Assembly: GCA_020629255.1 (NCBI GenBank)
Contig: JAHDDR010000001.1
Span: forward strand, 8,924-72,923
Reading direction: 5' to 3'
From: Saprospiraceae bacterium
GTDB lineage: Bacteria; Bacteroidota; Bacteroidia; Chitinophagales; Saprospiraceae
Length of the DNA: 64,000 bases
The first letter of the stretch is position 1; every line of letters starts with the position of its first letter. Both the position numbers and the translations under genes were made by a program. Below are positions 20,995 through 30,317 of this stretch, one piece after another. A model generated the notes under the pieces. That model saw nothing but the letters and a program-made list of their open reading frames with translations, did no database searches and was not told the DNA's origin.

Positions 20995-23107
20995 TTTTTA
21001 TCCATTTATCCTTTTTCAAAGACTCTATTGCTGCTATTGCCGTTTTTGAAGTATTTACTATTTCTTCAAAAGGTATAATCGCTTCACCTCCATTTTTCAA
21101 TGTTTCCAAAAATCTACGAAATTGTTCGTGGTGTCCTTTGTCTTGAGTTTTGTTCATTCCCGAAGATTTGAATCCATAATATTTTGATTTTCTAAAATTA
21201 TCAATTACCATCGTTTTCCCTTGAGAATAAATTTCTACTCTTTCTTTGGAATATGCTTTATTACCATTTGAAAAATAATTAATCACCCCATTCGAACCAT
21301 TTTTATATTTCAATAAAATAGAAGCGTTATCTGTTCCGGCATCGGGTTCCGTCCCCATGGCATTCATAACCACTTTATCTACTTGGCTACCTGTTAAGAA
21401 TGAAATTAAATCAATTAAATGGCAAGCTTCACCAACAATTCTTCCACCTCCTACTTTCATATCTTGAAGCCAATGATCCAACGGTACAAATCCTGCATTC
21501 ATGGTGGCAATAACATGGATGGGCGTATCTGCATCTCCCAATTGTTTTTTTGCATCTTGTATAAAAGGTGAGAATCTTCTATTAAAACCTACCGAAAGAG
21601 TTTTTCCACTTTTGTGATACACTTCTGTTATTTGATCTAACTCTTTATATGTGAGCGCCAAAGGTTTCTCTACAAAAACATGCTTTCCTGCATTCAAAGC
21701 ATTTATAACTTGGGGTGCATGTGCATTGTGTTGAGTTGTAATTAAAACAGCATCTACTTCAGGATCGGCAATAATATCTTGATAATTGGTTGTTGAATTA
21801 GCAATTCCATGTTTTTTTGCTGTTACGGTTCCAGATAGACCTTTCGAACTTGCAATATATTTAATGTTGGCATTTAATTTATTTAGAACGGGAACTACCG
21901 TTGATTTGGTAAAGTTTCCTGCTCCAATAATTCCCAACACTCCTTTTTGCCCTGTAAATTTATTGTTGACTACCTGAACCGTTGTTCCTTTCAAATCTAC
22001 ATTTCCAGAATACTTTAATATGGATGCTATAGATTTTGATGTACCTATATTTCCATAAATTTGATTGTATTCGTTTAAGGGTACAACTTCTGTAATGAGT
22101 TCTTTTACATTCAGTGTTTTTTTGGCTAAGGCACTTAGAATGGTTTCAAAATTTCTTTTTTGAGTCCATCTAACAAAGCCCAAAGGATAATCTTGACCTT
22201 TTTCTTCATAGTCATCATCATAACGCCCCGGCCCATAAGAACATGACACCTGAAAAGATAATTCTTTTTCATAGAAATCGGCTCTCATAATATTCAGACC
22301 AATTACACCAACAAGTACAATCCGTCCTCTCTTTCGACTCATTTGTGCTGCTTGGGAAATAACATCATTACTTTTGGTCGATGCTGTTATCAGGACTGCA
22401 TCTGCCCCTACATTTCGAGTGAGATCATTTACTAATTGAACCGGGTCGGTTCCTCCTGCCACACAATAAGCTTGTATACCCCATTTTTTGGCCATTTCGA
22501 CTTTATCTTTGTCAAAATCCAAACCTATTACTTCACAGCCATTGGCCTTGAACAGTTGTACTGCCATAAGACCGATAAGTCCCAGACCTGTAACAACTAC
22601 CGTTTCGCCAAATGTGGGTTTCACCAATCTGATACCCTGAAGGGCTATAGCTCCTATTACTGTGAAAACGGCTTCATCATAAGAAACGCCTTCGGGTATT
22701 TTGGCCACTAAATTTTTGGGTACACACACTACTTCAGCATGCTGACCATTGGAAATTACCCGATCTCCAATTTGAAATTCCGAAACTCCTTCTCCTATAC
22801 CCACTACTTCACCGGCATTACAATATCCTAGTGGCAATGGCTCTCCGAGTTTTCTAAAAACAGTATCCAAGGTGGGCTTTAATCCATCTGATTTGATTTT
22901 GTTCAGTACCTGTTTTACTTTATCTGGCTGTTGTCTTGCCTTATCTATAAAATTCGCTTTGCCAAACTCGACCAACATTCTTTCTGTTCCCAAGGATACT
23001 AAAGAACGGTGAGTTTTGATTAATACAGCTCCTTTTCTAACCCTAGGGATTGGAACTTCTTCTAAAATAGTTGATCCTGCTTTTAAGTCTTGTATGATTT
23101 GCCTCAT
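20984..23107 (-). CDS. Bi-domain oxidoreductase: N-terminal MDR/zinc-alcohol-dehydrogenase-like plus C-terminal Gfo/Idh/MocA
   Basis: 707 aa. N-terminal half: GYCNAGEVVGIGEGVSEFQIGDRV and the Rossmann motif VVVTGLGLIGLMAVQLFKANGCEVIGLD. C-terminal half: LGIIGAGNFTKSTVVPVL and HVFVEKPLA (the EKP motif of Gfo/Idh/MocA). Confidence 0.8.
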   Translation of the reverse strand: MRQIIQDLKAGSTILEEVPIPRVRKGAVLIKTHRSLVSLGTERMLVEFGKANFIDKARQQPDKVKQVLNKIKSDGLKPTLDTVFRKLGEPLPLGYCNAGEVVGIGEGVSEFQIGDRVISNGQHAEVVCVPKNLVAKIPEGVSYDEAVFTVIGAIALQGIRLVKPTFGETVVVTGLGLIGLMAVQLFKANGCEVIGLDFDKDKVEMAKKWGIQAYCVAGGTDPVQLVNDLTRNVGADAVLITASTKSNDVISQAAQMSRKRGRIVLVGVIGLNIMRADFYEKELSFQVSCSYGPGRYDDDYEEKGQDYPLGFVRWTQKRNFETILSALAKKTLNVKELITEVVPLNEYNQIYGNIGTSKSIASILKYSGNVDLKGTTVQVVNNKFTGQKGVLGIIGAGNFTKSTVVPVLNKLNANIKYIASSKGLSGTVTAKKHGIANSTTNYQDIIADPEVDAVLITTQHNAHAPQVINALNAGKHVFVEKPLALTYKELDQITEVYHKSGKTLSVGFNRRFSPFIQDAKKQLGDADTPIHVIATMNAGFVPLDHWLQDMKVGGGRIVGEACHLIDLISFLTGSQVDKVVMNAMGTEPDAGTDNASILLKYKNGSNGVINYFSNGNKAYSKERVEIYSQGKTMVIDNFRKSKYYGFKSSGMNKTQDKGHHEQFRRFLETLKNGGEAIIPFEEIVNTSKTAIAAIESLKKDKWIKIEE

Positions 23108-23157
23108 TTTTATTACATCTCGCTTTTAATGAATCGAAAATTGATCTTATTCTACCC

Positions 23158-24741
23158 CTAAGGGAGTTTGACTTTTAGGGTTTTTGATTTTTTACCCGAC
23201 CATTGTTTTACCACAAAATTAAGGTCTTGTGTATGCCTACCTGTTTTATATATCAATTCTTGATCTACCTTTTTTATATTAACGAATATATTTTCACGCA
23301 ATCTCGTTTTTTTGTTTCCATTGTAAGAAAGCCATGTTATATTTTTTGCGTCATAAAATAAATTGTTATTGAACGTTGATTTATCAGAAGAAAGGGCTAT
23401 ATAAAAAGGAGTTTCGCATTTTCCAAAAATATTATTTTCTATTTTTGTAGGTGCCGAAATGTAAAGCCCTGTTCCAGAAAATTTATCGTTATCTGTTTTA
23501 TTAATATCAAAAATGATGTTATTCTTTAAAGTAATTTTTTCCATTTTTCTTCCCGAATCCTTATCTGCCGGATTTCCGGATCGGATAGCGATTCCCTGCG
23601 GGCAATCGAAAATAATGTTTCCTTCTAATAATATATTAGCTGCTACTCTATGAATGACCATTGCTTCCCCAGAAGAACCACTAGGACCACAGGATTTATC
23701 TGAATATCGGAAGCCCCACATCCTATTGTTCTTCACTATAAAAACATCTTCTTTTTTCGAGGAATACGTTCCGACTTTCAAATCAATTGCATTTTCGGCA
23801 CAAGCTAACATTTCTGTTCCCTTTTTTCTATGTAACAATGGCGTTATGTATATATCGTTGTTTTCGATAATTGTAGCTGGAAAATCTCCTGTTCTTTGTT
23901 TTTTCAACCCTGGTAAGATTTGCCTTAATGTATGGATCCCATCATTCCAATTTATAATTTCATTATTCAATATTTTATTTCCTCTAGTAGAAATCCCTTC
24001 TTCAGCTATCAATAAAAATGCTGTTATATCTGAAGGAATTAATTTTTCTTGGGAAAAGACCGAATTTTGAATTGTATTAAAACTAGAATTATAAATTTTT
24101 ATTGCACCCGGTGTAACAACGTTTTCTACATAACACCGATTAAAAACGTTATGATGGGATTCTACAAAAGAATTGGAAGAACCTCCAATATATTTTATTC
24201 CTTTATGCTTGTATGGCGTATCATTTCCTTTTATTGACAGTCCATTAAAAATCCAATAAGAGGTATTACTCAATTTAATCGCTTTGAGTACAACTTCATT
24301 GTTACTTCCTTTTAATTTATAAGGATGGGTTTTGTTTTTGACATTTTCCCTTGACAATATAATAGGTTGGTCCTTATTCCCTGAAAAAGTAGGCTTAAAG
24401 TTTCCCCAATTCCTATAATCCCCTGGAGATAGGAGAAATAATTTTTTCCCTTTATTTTTTTTCAAGCATTCTTCCCAACTTTTAAAAGAGGATGGGTTCA
24501 ACCAAATTGACAAACCCATTCTTTCATAGTTTTCAGATTTATTTATGATTATATTTTCTGAAAATGTTTCGGGACTCATCTTAAACGATTTTTTTCCTAT
24601 AAACGGTTTCAAAAAAGCCTGTTCACTTTTATCTGTGGCATGAACAGTTGGATTTGTCCCGTTTTTTTTCTTTGAAGATTTGCATCCAATAATTCCGACG
24701 ATTAAAAAAAATGCTAAAAAAGATATTTTACAATTGTTCAT
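23158..24741 (-). CDS. Lipoprotein with right-handed parallel beta-helix repeats
   Basis: 527 aa. Lipobox FLIVGIIGC. Periodic Asn-ladder repeats: ILNNEIINWNDGIH, IIENNDIYI, VKNNRMWGF, LEGNIIFDCPQGIAI, LKNNIIFDI, IENNIFGKC, FNNNLFYD. Confidence 0.55.
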   Translation of the reverse strand: MNNCKISFLAFFLIVGIIGCKSSKKKNGTNPTVHATDKSEQAFLKPFIGKKSFKMSPETFSENIIINKSENYERMGLSIWLNPSSFKSWEECLKKNKGKKLFLLSPGDYRNWGNFKPTFSGNKDQPIILSRENVKNKTHPYKLKGSNNEVVLKAIKLSNTSYWIFNGLSIKGNDTPYKHKGIKYIGGSSNSFVESHHNVFNRCYVENVVTPGAIKIYNSSFNTIQNSVFSQEKLIPSDITAFLLIAEEGISTRGNKILNNEIINWNDGIHTLRQILPGLKKQRTGDFPATIIENNDIYITPLLHRKKGTEMLACAENAIDLKVGTYSSKKEDVFIVKNNRMWGFRYSDKSCGPSGSSGEAMVIHRVAANILLEGNIIFDCPQGIAIRSGNPADKDSGRKMEKITLKNNIIFDINKTDNDKFSGTGLYISAPTKIENNIFGKCETPFYIALSSDKSTFNNNLFYDAKNITWLSYNGNKKTRLRENIFVNIKKVDQELIYKTGRHTQDLNFVVKQWSGKKSKTLKVKLP

Positions 24742-25831
24742 ATACCTCTACTAATCTTTTATATAAAATATCGGATGTAAAATTTTCCATTAATGTTTGT
24801 TTGGCTTTCTTTCCTTTTTCTTTAGCCTCGTTTCTATTTTTGTGAATATCCAAAATAGCTTTTTCCACGCTTTGAATATTTCCGGATTCTAAACTATATC
24901 CGTTTTCATTTGTAATAATGGTTCCTAAAAACCCTTGTTGGGTTGTTATAATAACCAAACCATTCATCATGGCTTCATTGATTGTATTATTATGCCCTTC
25001 CCCTTTATGATATGTTGGGTATCCGTAAACATCATTTTTTTTGAATGCTTCCAAAACAACCTCATATTCTTGCCGACCTTTTCTTTCTATTATTAAGTTT
25101 TTATGTGCGTTGAATTCGTCCAGCCATTTTGTAAAATCTTCGTGTTCCTGACCAATTAACGTAAGTTGGATTTCTATTCCTGTTTCTGCCGCATTATTAC
25201 ACCCTTCTACTAATTCGAAAACACCTTTATCTTTGTAACAATATCCTGCAAACATAATTTTTATCCATTCATTCTTTAATTTTTCCTGATTAATCTGCGG
25301 AATAATTTTTGAAGGAATATAATTTGGATAATACAATGCTGTTTTACCAAATTTTTCTTTCACATAAGGTATATATGGTTTTCCTTCTGCTAAGATAAAA
25401 GACGAATTAGACATCACATAGTCTGCCATTTTTTTCATGATGCCATGTGTAGAATCGTACCAATCTATAAATGCTCCGGCTTTTAATTCATATATAATGG
25501 GTTTTCCCATCATCTTTGAAAAAAAACAAACCATTGCCTCTCTAGGAATTGCTGTTCGGTATTGACCTAAAATATGAACTGCTGATACTTTATTCGTTAG
25601 AAGATCTTTAAGGAAATGGATTGTATCGACCAACATTCTCCATATAAAATTATCCCACTTCAATTGCCCTCTGAAAGTGTGAAAACTCGGAACCATTTCA
25701 TAATTTTCCGACTGAAAATAATTGAGATATGTAATCATATTGCGGGTATATCCTCCGGTACCTCCTCCGTAGGCATTTTTTATTTTTTTTGGCAAGACAT
25801 AAGGTCCATATAATAGAATCTTTTTTTTCAC
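24728..25831 (-). CDS. GT-B (family 4-like) glycosyltransferase
   Basis: 367 aa. C-terminal region YPTYHKGEGHNNTINEAMMNGLVIITTQQGFLG (E-x7-E-like). Confidence 0.7.
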   Translation of the reverse strand: MKKKILLYGPYVLPKKIKNAYGGGTGGYTRNMITYLNYFQSENYEMVPSFHTFRGQLKWDNFIWRMLVDTIHFLKDLLTNKVSAVHILGQYRTAIPREAMVCFFSKMMGKPIIYELKAGAFIDWYDSTHGIMKKMADYVMSNSSFILAEGKPYIPYVKEKFGKTALYYPNYIPSKIIPQINQEKLKNEWIKIMFAGYCYKDKGVFELVEGCNNAAETGIEIQLTLIGQEHEDFTKWLDEFNAHKNLIIERKGRQEYEVVLEAFKKNDVYGYPTYHKGEGHNNTINEAMMNGLVIITTQQGFLGTIITNENGYSLESGNIQSVEKAILDIHKNRNEAKEKGKKAKQTLMENFTSDILYKRLVEVYEQL

Positions 25832-26388
25832 TTTTCTTCTTCCAGTTGTTTCAAAACTTTACACGGGATGCCCCCTACTATACAATTTGATGGAATATCT
25901 TTATTAACTAAAGTATGTGCCGCAATCACAACATTATCACCTATGGTCACTCCTTTTAAAATGGTTGCCTTATCTGCGATCCAAACATTATTTCCTATTT
26001 TTATTGGTGCTGTTGTGTATCCTTCGATTTTCATTTTTCCATTTTCCAATTCAAAGTTATGGTCATGATCCAAAATAGAAACAAACTGGGCTATAACTAC
26101 ATGATTACCCATTTCAATTTTTTCGAAGGCAATGATTCTTGTAAAATTATTGACGGAGCAATGATTGCCCATTTTAATTTTTCCTCTTGATTGGATTTCT
26201 ACAAAATCGTAGAACATGGATTTTTTTCCTATTTCTACCTGCCCTCCTTTTTTAGTATAAATACCAGACTGCTTGCCCAAGGTAAAAGGGAACCTTGCTT
26301 TTAATGATTTCCCTCGAATTATAAAAAATACAATGGCTCTTATTCCACTGGTTATTTTATATATGAGCCCCCGATGAAACAATCTCAT
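25828..26388 (-). CDS. Hexapeptide-repeat (LbH) acyl/acetyltransferase
   Basis: 186 aa. Shows IGNNVWIADKATILKGVTIGDNVVIAAHTLVNKDIPSNCIVGGIPCKVLK. Confidence 0.8.
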   Translation of the reverse strand: MRLFHRGLIYKITSGIRAIVFFIIRGKSLKARFPFTLGKQSGIYTKKGGQVEIGKKSMFYDFVEIQSRGKIKMGNHCSVNNFTRIIAFEKIEMGNHVVIAQFVSILDHDHNFELENGKMKIEGYTTAPIKIGNNVWIADKATILKGVTIGDNVVIAAHTLVNKDIPSNCIVGGIPCKVLKQLEEEK

Positions 26389-26867
26389 TCCTTTCTAGAT
26401 TTTACCACCTTGCCAGGGTTCCCTACCACTATTGAGTATTCAGGAACACTTTTGGTCAAAACAGTTCCTGAACCAATGATACTGCCTTTCCCTATTGTTA
26501 TTCCTGAAAGGATAATACAATTTGCACCAATCCAAACATCTTCTTTTATTATAATTGGGGCTTGCCTTCCTTCTCCTTGTTGGTTGATGGGAATATCTGT
26601 ACGAGAATATTCGTGATTCCCTCCAATTATTAATGTTCTATGGGCTATCATTACATTATCTCCTATAGAAATAGGACTTCCTCCTGATTGGCTTGTCGAA
26701 ATGATCACATCCCTACCTACCATAACATTATTACCAAAGGATATAAATTTTGATGGATAAATTTTCACTCCAGGAGCAATGGCTAGATTCTTACCCCTTT
26801 TCACCGATTTGAAATTTGTTGCGAACAACATTCTAATAAACCGTACTATTAATTTCAGCCCCTTCAT
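26385..26867 (-). CDS. Hexapeptide-repeat (LbH) acyl/acetyltransferase
   Basis: 160 aa. Shows IKEDVWIGANCIILSGITIGKGSIIGSGTVLTKSVPEYSIVVGNPGKVVK. 4-nt overlap with the next acetyltransferase. Confidence 0.8.
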   Translation of the reverse strand: MKGLKLIVRFIRMLFATNFKSVKRGKNLAIAPGVKIYPSKFISFGNNVMVGRDVIISTSQSGGSPISIGDNVMIAHRTLIIGGNHEYSRTDIPINQQGEGRQAPIIIKEDVWIGANCIILSGITIGKGSIIGSGTVLTKSVPEYSIVVGNPGKVVKSRKE

Positions 26868-26875
26868 CAGTAGGT

Positions 26876-27637
26876 TTATACCCTTAATTTTTGCCTGATT
26901 ATTGTATAAGCACTAATCATTTCTATTTGTAATTTCAATAAAAACGCTTTTAGGTTTCCTTTGTATTTTTTCTTGATGGCAATGACTTCTTTCCTGCCCG
27001 AAAAATTGGATGAGGCTCCTCCTTCTCTATATTGTGCAAATGCTGTTTCCGATTTTACTATTTTGATTTTATTCGACAGTAATTTCATAAAATAATCGTA
27101 GTCTGACGCTATTTTATATGACAAATCATACAAACCTATTTTTTCGTATACTTCTTTTGGAACGTACCAAGTGGGATGAAGCAAATTTTCAAAGAAGATA
27201 ACATAGTCTTTTGTTCCCCAAACGGCTCTTACAACTCCTTGTTCTGTCATACGTTCCAGAGGGCTGATCAAAATAAAATCTTCGGGTCTGTGATTTTGTA
27301 ATTCTTTCAGATAGAACGAAACGGCTGTTTTCACAGAATTTTTGGTAAGTCGATCATCCGAATTAATAATTTTCACCAAATGTCCTGTGGCTTTTTTTAT
27401 TCCTTTATTAATGGCATCATAAATTCCTTTGTCCGGTTCACTCACCCAATAAGAAATATGTTTTTCATATTTTTTTATCAAATTAATTGTACCATCGGTA
27501 GAGCCCCCATCAATTACTATATATTCTATATTCGGATAATTTTGTTGAATGACACTCTGTATGGTTTCCTCGAAAAAACGTTCGGAATTATACGTTGTGG
27601 TAATGATGCTAATCTTTATGTTTTCGCTTTGTTTCAT
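26876..27637 (-). CDS. Family 2 (GT-A) glycosyltransferase
   Basis: 253 aa. Shows ISIITTTYNSERFFEETIQSVIQQNYPNIEYIVIDGGSTDGT...IINSDDRL. Confidence 0.85.
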   Translation of the reverse strand: MKQSENIKISIITTTYNSERFFEETIQSVIQQNYPNIEYIVIDGGSTDGTINLIKKYEKHISYWVSEPDKGIYDAINKGIKKATGHLVKIINSDDRLTKNSVKTAVSFYLKELQNHRPEDFILISPLERMTEQGVVRAVWGTKDYVIFFENLLHPTWYVPKEVYEKIGLYDLSYKIASDYDYFMKLLSNKIKIVKSETAFAQYREGGASSNFSGRKEVIAIKKKYKGNLKAFLLKLQIEMISAYTIIRQKLRV

Positions 27638-27642
27638 CCCTA

Positions 27643-28899
27643 TTATTCATTAATGCTCACGGTGGACAACATGAGACTCAACCAATATGTTGGTATTAAA
27701 AACCCTTCATTAAAAATCCCGTAGAGTATTAAAGTTCCTAAGATTGTAATATTGACAACATCCCAAAATCGAGAGGGGTTATTGTTTAATATATCTTTAG
27801 CTAATTGAAAAAAATGTCCTCCCAAAAATAATAGATACAAAAAAACACCAATTATTCCCGTTTTGGCAAAAAGAGCCAAATAATCACTATGGACACCTAG
27901 TCCTGATTTTTTCTTAATATAATAACGAACGGTATAATTTTTGGGGTTAATAATAAACTCATGTCCCCTTACACGAAATTGCCCGATACCTATTCCTAAT
28001 AAATAACTGTCTATTCCTGCTTTGAAACCGCCTTTCCACAAGTCATTTCGAGGATCACTTCCTCCTTCCCCTTCTTTTAACCTATCGAATGCGGTTCTTT
28101 CTTCTACACTCTTGTTTTTTCCGGGTTTCATGAAATCCAAGATTCTATCACTTTGAAAGCTCACCAAATATATAGTTCCCAAAAGTACCGAAATCAAAAA
28201 GACAAATCTGTTCTTATTACTTATTATATTAAATATAACAATTGGTGCCAGCATAAATAAAACCAAGGCTGAACGAGCCCCCGTAGCCATTACTGCAGCT
28301 CCATAAAACCCAACAATTCCCAACGAGAGCAATATAGGAATCAACCCTTTTGCCTTTCTAAAAAATACTAGAGACAAAAGATATATGGAACAGATAACCA
28401 TTTGCCATGCTGCATGGTTGGGGTTATCGGCAAAGCCTTTGGGTCTTGCAAATTCTCCAATAAAATAAAATTCGATAAATATGGATAAGGCATTGAGTAT
28501 TACTGCTAAGATTAAAACAACATATACAGTATGTAGTTTTTTGGGCGTCCATTCTATAAATTTTGTAGCTAAATAGGCTAATATGAGAAAAAGGAATTGA
28601 GTATAATCATTCATAAATGTACTCATCGAAAACTTCCCTAATCCATAATGGACCATCGATATAAAAAGGGCATATACAAAAAGTAAAATCAACGCCAAGT
28701 CAAAAGTATTAGTCTTGACGAATCTCTTTTTAAAAATCCCTAACAATACCGCACAGACAATAAGTGCCATTCCTGCTACTCGATAGGGTTTAAAAAATGT
28801 ATCCATACCCATAAAAATGAGTAAGATATGCTCGAATGGTAACAAGAATACAAATAATAGAAATAGCCAATAAACGATATTGCCTAAGCGGAATCTCAT
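27643..28899 (-). CDS. wzy: O-antigen polymerase/ligase-family membrane protein (Wzy-type)
   Basis: 418 aa, about 10 or more hydrophobic segments. The loop with RNDLWKGGFKAGIDSYLLGIGIGQF and HSDYLALFAKTGIIG matches the Wzy_C/O-antigen-ligase motif pattern. Confidence 0.65.
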   Translation of the reverse strand: MRFRLGNIVYWLFLLFVFLLPFEHILLIFMGMDTFFKPYRVAGMALIVCAVLLGIFKKRFVKTNTFDLALILLFVYALFISMVHYGLGKFSMSTFMNDYTQFLFLILAYLATKFIEWTPKKLHTVYVVLILAVILNALSIFIEFYFIGEFARPKGFADNPNHAAWQMVICSIYLLSLVFFRKAKGLIPILLSLGIVGFYGAAVMATGARSALVLFMLAPIVIFNIISNKNRFVFLISVLLGTIYLVSFQSDRILDFMKPGKNKSVEERTAFDRLKEGEGGSDPRNDLWKGGFKAGIDSYLLGIGIGQFRVRGHEFIINPKNYTVRYYIKKKSGLGVHSDYLALFAKTGIIGVFLYLLFLGGHFFQLAKDILNNNPSRFWDVVNITILGTLILYGIFNEGFLIPTYWLSLMLSTVSINE

Positions 28900-29141
28900 A
28901 GTAAACTCTTTTTATTATCTAGAGTTTCTAAATAGTATGTTCATGATTTAAACACTGATTTTATTTTACATCGTCTTTAAGAAAGATAGTGCGTTATCTA
29001 TCTGTCCTTTTATTTGGATGGGGTTTGGTAGCTTGTGATTATATTTTTCTTTTAAAATTTTATGGGATTAATTAATTTTCTGCCCTATCTGGGCAAAAAA
29101 GTGATTTTTTTGACTTAGAGGCTGTTTTAAAACGAGAAGAT

Positions 29142-30317
29142 TCATAGCATTTTCTTCAAAATACTCCTAAGCAGGTGTTTACAATATGACCCCGTATAAA
29201 TAGTTTTCCAAAATAAATTCATATTCCTCACTTTATATTTTATTTTGGAATCTATATTTATTTTTTTATAAAGCCTTATATATTGTTCAGTTGACTTCTG
29301 TATATTAAATTCATTCAAAATTCTAATTCGACCACTCTTACCAATTTCCTCTCGCAATTCAATTGAATTATAAAGTTTTTCAGTATATGAAACAAACTCA
29401 TCTAAATTGTTTGCTATAAATCCAGATTTTCCATTCTCTATTAATTCTTTTGGAGCTGATGGTCCAAATAAGACAACGGGTACACCGCATAGCATCGCAT
29501 CCCTAATAGCTCTATCAATACCTGAGTATGAATTCTTAGGTAAGTGGTAAAAAAAAACATCTAATTTTTTTATGAATTTGTACCAAGGTTCTGAGTTTAG
29601 TTGTCCAACTAAATTAACATCATCTATCAAATTGAGTTTATTAATTAAAAGCTTTAATCTGTTATAGTTTTTATCTTCTATGTTCCCTCCTGCTATCAAA
29701 AATTTTTTGTTCTTAATATCTAATTTTGAGAACACCTCGATTGCTTCGTTTACACATTTATTTAATGAACTTCCTCTGCCTAATAAAAAGTGGCTTCCAA
29801 TTCCATAGTTAATTTTTGGAGCAGGAATATTGCTTATATCCGTGCCTACATAAATCATTTGCTTATCACTATCCGAGAGAAAAGAGTATTTCCAGTGTTC
29901 AAAACTTGTTTTTGTAGTCAAGAGTATTTTATCAGAATACTCTATTTCGTTTATTGATAATCCATACCTATATTCTCTAGGTAATTGTACAATGGTTGTG
30001 ATAATTTTTACTTTTCTTTTTAGGTTTTTTAAAAAAACATTGATATTTTTCCTAGCATGAGTTCTCCACCAATGTACCACATCAATCTCGGGTTTTTCCT
30101 TTATTAATGAAGCTAATTTTTCTGGTTTGATGTTAGGATACAAATCATTAAAAAATTGTAAATAGGGTCGATTCACATCAAAATCATTGAAAGAAGCCAA
30201 TGAAATTTTCACCCCTTTAAGATAGAGGTTCCGGCTTAATTCGATTAATGCTTTAGTTGCCCCTCCATATGAAATTATTTCAATTATAAATAAAACATGG
30301 ATGTTATTATTTACCAT
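29142..30317 (-). CDS. GT-B (family 4-like) glycosyltransferase
   Basis: 391 aa. C-terminal region GIDRAIRDAMLCGVPVVLFGPSAPKELIENGKSGFI. Very AT-rich coding sequence. Confidence 0.65.
   Translation of the reverse strand: MVNNNIHVLFIIEIISYGGATKALIELSRNLYLKGVKISLASFNDFDVNRPYLQFFNDLYPNIKPEKLASLIKEKPEIDVVHWWRTHARKNINVFLKNLKRKVKIITTIVQLPREYRYGLSINEIEYSDKILLTTKTSFEHWKYSFLSDSDKQMIYVGTDISNIPAPKINYGIGSHFLLGRGSSLNKCVNEAIEVFSKLDIKNKKFLIAGGNIEDKNYNRLKLLINKLNLIDDVNLVGQLNSEPWYKFIKKLDVFFYHLPKNSYSGIDRAIRDAMLCGVPVVLFGPSAPKELIENGKSGFIANNLDEFVSYTEKLYNSIELREEIGKSGRIRILNEFNIQKSTEQYIRLYKKINIDSKIKYKVRNMNLFWKTIYTGSYCKHLLRSILKKML

Noticed and set aside
23654-24070. 138-aa plus-strand ORF inside the beta-helix lipoprotein gene; similar antisense ORFs at 35705-36058, 38307-38648, 42511-42879 and 15369-15692
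   Set aside because: All lie fully within well-supported minus-strand CDSs and show no recognisable motifs. They are treated as shadow ORFs.
29091-29105. TGCCC-tatct-GGGCA hairpin after the GT4 at 29142-30317
   Set aside because: The 5-bp stem is flanked by an A-run on one side only, giving the wrong polarity for a minus-strand terminator. It is too weak to call.
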